DNA from: an uncultured delta proteobacterium
Lineage (GTDB): Bacteria; Desulfobacterota; Binatia; Binatales; Binataceae
Assembly (NCBI GenBank): GCA_963830715.1
Contig: CAWHNS010000011.1
Location: forward strand, 65,243 to 129,242
Reading direction: 5' to 3'
DNA: 64,000 nt
Of this stretch, positions 57,865-64,000 are shown one piece after another (within the stretch, counting starts at the first letter, position 1; each line of letters starts with the position of its first letter). Made by a program: the position numbers and the translations under genes. The notes beneath the pieces were generated by a model. The model was not told the DNA's origin. It was given only the letters and a program-made list of their open reading frames with translations, and did no database searches.

Positions 57865-59120
57865 ATGACGACAGAAAATAATCACAGCGATTCGATTCGC
57901 TCGATCGTGCGGCGCTACTACACGGTCTGGTGGTTCCAGGCCTTCGGGCCGTCGTTCATCTTCGCGATCTATCCGCTGTTCATGCGCTGGCGCGGATTGA
58001 ATCAGCTCCAGATCAACAGCGTCGCGGCGACCTTCTTCCTGGTCACCTTCATCACCGACATTCCGACCGGCGCGTTCGCCGACGCGATCGGGCGGCGCAC
58101 CGCCTTCATTATCGGGAGCGCGCTATCCACCGTCGGGTTCATGGTCTATTTCTTCGCCCATCGGTTTCCGATGTTCCTGGTGGGCGAGCTGTTCGACGGC
58201 GTCGGCTTTACCTTTCGCAACGGCGCGGTCGATGCCTGGGCGGTCGATGCGCTCGACGCGGCGGGATATGCGGGCACCAAGGATCGGCTGTTCTCGCGCG
58301 TCTCGCAATTAACGCGAATCGGCAATATGGCGGGCGCGCTGATCGGGGCGTACGCCGGAGCCCGCAATCTGGCGATGCCGTGGCTGCTGGGCTCCTGCGG
58401 TCTCGCGCTGAGCGGAACGGTCGGAGGGCTGCTGATGGATCGCGAGCCGCGCCGCAGCGGGCAAGTTCGATCCGGGCGCGATCGCGAGGCGGGTGCAAGA
58501 GCGGATGGGGCAGGGGATGCGGATCGGGTTCGGCACGCGGGTGGTCCTGCTGCTCGCGCTGGCCGGCGGGATTCAGCTCGCAGCGTGGGGCCCGTCGTGG
58601 TTCGAGTGGCCCGCGTACTTCAACGATCGCCTCAACTCCGGCATACAAGTTGTAGGATGGTTGTTCTGCCTGTTCAATCTCGCCGGGATGGCTGGGCTCC
58701 GAGATCGCGGCGCGGATGTACCTGGATCGCTCGCGGCGCGCGGTGTTCCTGGCCGGCATGACCGCGCTGGGCAGCGCGCTGATGTGGGTCGCCGGCGCCG
58801 GCGCAGGCCACGTGCAGGTCGCGCTCGCGATGTTCGTGCTGACCAACTTCTGCGGCGGGCTGGTCTGGCCGGTGCAGCAGAGCTGGTTCAACGAGCAGAT
58901 CGACGGCGAGTATCGCGCCACGCTGCTCTCGTTCCAGAGCACGTTCGCGACCTTCGGCGCCGCCGCGGGGCTGCCCGCCGGCGGCAGGGTCGCGGACCGC
59001 TTCGGTATCGGCGTCGCATGGCAGATGGTGGGAATTCTCTCGATACTGTCAACGCCGTGCTACTGGGCGCTGCGCCCCCGCCCGGCGCTTGCGAAACTCG
59101 CGGCAGAGCCCGCGGACTGA
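57865..59120 (+). CDS. MFS transporter, split by two frameshifts
   Basis: Three colinear track ORFs: 57781..58761, 58493..59158 and 58716..59120. Motif DAIGRR. Junction 1 is near 58445-58462 (LLMDREPRR../GKFDPGAIARRVQERM). Junction 2 is at G3 run 58694-58696 (FNLAGMAG|SEIAARMYLDRS). Confidence 0.75.
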
Positions 59121-59190
59121 GCCGTCGCGCCGATGATCGCCGGGATGATATTTTCTGATCCAGCCTCCGATCGTACCTCATGATTCTGCG

Positions 59191-61719
<2,529 letters not shown>

Positions 61720-61735
61720 GAAGGCGAGACTATAC

Positions 61736-63385
61736 GTGGAAAATTCGGCGCCAATCCTGATTTTGCTGGCGATCGCCGGCGCGATCCTCTATCTGCACTT
61801 CACCGGCGGTCCCGGGCTGACGCGCATCTACCTGGCCGCGGCTCTGGTGGTCGTCGCGGTCCTGCTGCTTGTCCCGAGCTTCGGCTTCGACTTCCCAGAC
61901 GCATGGAAGGAATGGCTGCCCGGGACCAAGATCCAGTTGGGCCTCGATCTCCAGGGCGGAACGCATCTGCTGATGGAGGTCAAGCTTGACGACGCGGTGA
62001 ACACCTCGCTCTCGCGGCGCGGCGACGACTTGAAGCGCGAGCTTAGGGACGACAAGCTTGAGTTCCAGGAGGTCTCGGCCGCAGCCGATGACGCATTCAC
62101 GGTCAAACTCAAGTCGCCGGACGAACGGACGCCGTTCCTCGATCTGGCGCAGAAGGCGTTTCCCGATTTGGTCGTCTCGAGCGTCGATGTCGGCGGCGGC
62201 GCGCCTGCGTATTCACTGAAATTCAAGGAACGCGACGAGGCGCAGGTCCGCAGCAACGCGATGGACCAGGCGCTTGAGACGATCCGCAACCGTATCGACC
62301 AGCTCGGCGTGCGCGAAACGACGGTGGCGCGCGAGGGCGATCGCGACATCCTGGTGCAATTGCCCGGCATCCAGGACCCGGAGCGGGCCAAGGAATTGAT
62401 CGGCAAGACCGCGGTGCTGGAATTCAAGCTGGTGGATGATTCGCACAGTATCGCCGATGCCGAAAAGAATCCGCCGCCCGGCGACGAGGTCCTCTACGGC
62501 CCGGCGGAAGCCGGCGGCCGCACTCCGTACCTGGTCGAGAAGCCGGTGCTGATGACCGGTGATGTCGTCACCGACGCGCGCGTGCGTCCGGGCGGGCGGC
62601 TCGAGGGTCCTTACGTGGCGGTGGATCTGGATGCGCGCGGCGCACAAATCTTCGACGCAGCAACCGCGGAGAATGTCGGGCGGCGCCTCGCGATTGTCCT
62701 CGACGGCACGGTTTACTCCGCGCCCGTGATCAAGGAGCGAATCCCGGGCGGGCACGTCCAGATCACCGGGCGCTTCTCGATCGACGAGGCGCACGACCTG
62801 GCGATCGTGCTCCGCTCGGGCGCCCTCCCGGCTCCGGTTGAGATAGTGGAGGAGCGCACGGTTGGACCCTCGCTCGGTCGCGATTCGATCCGGCAGGGTG
62901 CATTCTCATTCATCGTCGGCGCCGCGGCGGTGCTGATCTTCATGGTGGTCTATTACAGCGGCGCGGGAGTGCTCGCCGACGTCGGGCTCTCGCTGAACAT
63001 CCTGCTGCTCATCTGTGTGATGGCGGCCTTGCAGGCAACGCTGACTCTGCCCGGAATCGCGGGAATCGTTCTGACGCTGGGAATGTCAGTTGACGCGAAC
63101 GTTCTGGTCAACGAGCGGATGCGGGAGGAATTGCGCAACGGCAAGACCACCCGCGATGCCGTAAAACTGGGCTATCAGCGGGCATGGTCTGCTATTCGCG
63201 ATTCTAATATATCGACATTCGTTGCGGGGCTGATTCTGTTCCAGTTCGGAACTGGACCTGTGAAGGGCTTTGCAGTTACGCTATGCGTTGGCGTGCTTAC
63301 GGGCCTTTTCTCATGTATCGTCGTCACACGCGCCTGGTATGACCATCTTATAAGCGCTCGACGGCTTCAGACTATCAGCGTCTAG
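61736..63385 (+). CDS. secD: Protein translocase subunit SecD
   Basis: 549 aa, GTG start, a large periplasmic domain and a C-terminal 5-TM block (…GIAGIVLTLGMSVDANVLVNERMREE…). Confidence 0.9.
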   Translation: MENSAPILILLAIAGAILYLHFTGGPGLTRIYLAAALVVVAVLLLVPSFGFDFPDAWKEWLPGTKIQLGLDLQGGTHLLMEVKLDDAVNTSLSRRGDDLKRELRDDKLEFQEVSAAADDAFTVKLKSPDERTPFLDLAQKAFPDLVVSSVDVGGGAPAYSLKFKERDEAQVRSNAMDQALETIRNRIDQLGVRETTVAREGDRDILVQLPGIQDPERAKELIGKTAVLEFKLVDDSHSIADAEKNPPPGDEVLYGPAEAGGRTPYLVEKPVLMTGDVVTDARVRPGGRLEGPYVAVDLDARGAQIFDAATAENVGRRLAIVLDGTVYSAPVIKERIPGGHVQITGRFSIDEAHDLAIVLRSGALPAPVEIVEERTVGPSLGRDSIRQGAFSFIVGAAAVLIFMVVYYSGAGVLADVGLSLNILLLICVMAALQATLTLPGIAGIVLTLGMSVDANVLVNERMREELRNGKTTRDAVKLGYQRAWSAIRDSNISTFVAGLILFQFGTGPVKGFAVTLCVGVLTGLFSCIVVTRAWYDHLISARRLQTISV

Positions 63386-63520
63386 CGCCGGGATTCTCCG
63401 GAGAGAAAGATTTTTGATCTCAGAGGCGGAAAACTGGCTTGACTTCACGGGCAGTGGCATATTAAAAAATCGCGTTCCCGAGTTGAATATCCGAAAGGCG
63501 CCTTTTTCTAGTGGACTTCG

Positions 63521-63715
63521 ATGCTCGATAAGGAAGACATCCTTCTCAATTCCAGGGAAGTTGCTTTTCTTCTCGACATGAGTCCCGATACGGTTAATGA
63601 GTTCGCGCGTCGAAATTTGCTGCCGGCATTCAAGAAGGGCCGGCAATGGCGTTTTCGCAAGCGCGACATAACCTCCTTCAAGCGACAGTCGAGAGGCGTG
63701 AACGCCGCCGCTTAG
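63521..63715 (+). CDS. Small excisionase/MerR-type HTH DNA-binding protein (64 aa)
   Basis: LLNSREVAFLLDMSPDTVNEFARRNLLPAFKKGRQWRFRKRDI matches the HTH_17-type pattern. It lies in a low-GC islet. Confidence 0.6.
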   Translation: MLDKEDILLNSREVAFLLDMSPDTVNEFARRNLLPAFKKGRQWRFRKRDITSFKRQSRGVNAAA

Positions 63716-63782
63716 GGATGGTCGGCCCGGCGTGGTGGGGTAGGGGGCCGTCTTCCATAGGCCTGTGAGGTACGAGGTTGCC

Positions 63783-64000
63783 ATGGCCGAGCCACATGAA
63801 AGCCGCATCTATTCGGACTTTGCCCGCTTTTACGATCTGGTCTTCGGGCGCGCGTTCGTCGATCGCGAGCACGAGGTAATCGACTCGCTCAACCTGCGCC
63901 CCGGCCATCGGGTGTTGGAGGTCGGCGTCGGCACCGGCATCTCGCTCGGCGCCTATCCGCCTTATGTTCACGTGGTAGGGATCGATCCGTCGTCGGACAT
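63783..64000 (+). CDS. Class I SAM-dependent methyltransferase, N-terminal fragment (runs off the right edge)
   Basis: My translation from ATG 63783 reads MAEPHESRIYSDFARFYDLVFGRAF...HRVLEVGVGTGISLG (motif I). It is absent from the ORF track because it is truncated. Confidence 0.6.
   Translation, partial: MAEPHESRIYSDFARFYDLVFGRAFVDREHEVIDSLNLRPGHRVLEVGVGTGISLGAYPPYVHVVGIDPSSD

Noticed and set aside
5090-59120. Programmed ribosomal frameshifting or transcriptional slippage as the explanation for the split genes.
   Set aside because: There is no shared slippery heptamer or downstream structure. Both +1 and -1 corrections are needed. The sites are short mononucleotide runs or plain sequence, and the affected genes are unrelated.

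Overview
High-GC (about 63-65% by eye) bacterial chromosomal segment, densely coding on both strands. I cannot assign taxonomy from sequence alone.

Layout:
- 1-6.5 kb: truncated ilvD, a small membrane protein, a fused MFS/spermidine-synthase-like protein, two secreted proteins and a lipoprotein phosphoesterase.
- 6.5-31 kb: a roughly 24.5-kb Wzx/Wzy-type exopolysaccharide locus. It holds an initiating polyprenyl-P sugar transferase, three GT4 glycosyltransferases, Wzx, a Wzy/O-antigen-ligase-like polymerase, an SDR epimerase, a PAPS-type sulfotransferase, three methyltransferase-like genes and a secreted clan-A-like glycoside hydrolase. It also has two paralogous PCP/Wzz-like proteins, and two paralogous Wzi-like outer-membrane proteins in inverted orientation around a giant Wza-like exporter. 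That exporter carries an N-terminal segment of about 190 residues with no charged residues (P/Q/G/Y/S/M-rich).
- 31-37.6 kb: a repeat lipoprotein and a czcCBA-type heavy-metal RND efflux operon.
- 37.6-45.3 kb: an epimerase, an amidohydrolase, a DprE2-like SDR with a DprE1-like FAD oxidase, an MFS transporter and a Cys-type sulfatase.
- 46-47.3 kb: tRNA-Arg(ACG), a GNAT and higBA.
- 47.4-50.2 kb: an HTH-fused citrate-synthase-family protein divergent from an HMGL-family (homocitrate/Re-citrate-synthase-like) enzyme.
- 50.3-64 kb: def, an ABC-2/GldG/DUF4340 module, tRNA-Met(CAT), an MFS transporter, queA-tgt-yajC-secD, a low-GC islet with a small HTH protein, and a truncated methyltransferase.

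I found no CRISPR array, rRNA, integrase or transposase.

A global caveat: at least 13 single-base frame disruptions split 11 otherwise recognisable genes. Where I could localise them, most sit at short homopolymers. I read these as assembly indels rather than decay, but the sequence alone cannot settle that.

The most interesting candidates are the predicted sulfated/methylated EPS locus with its unusual exporter, and the HTH-citrate-synthase / Re-citrate-synthase-like divergent pair.
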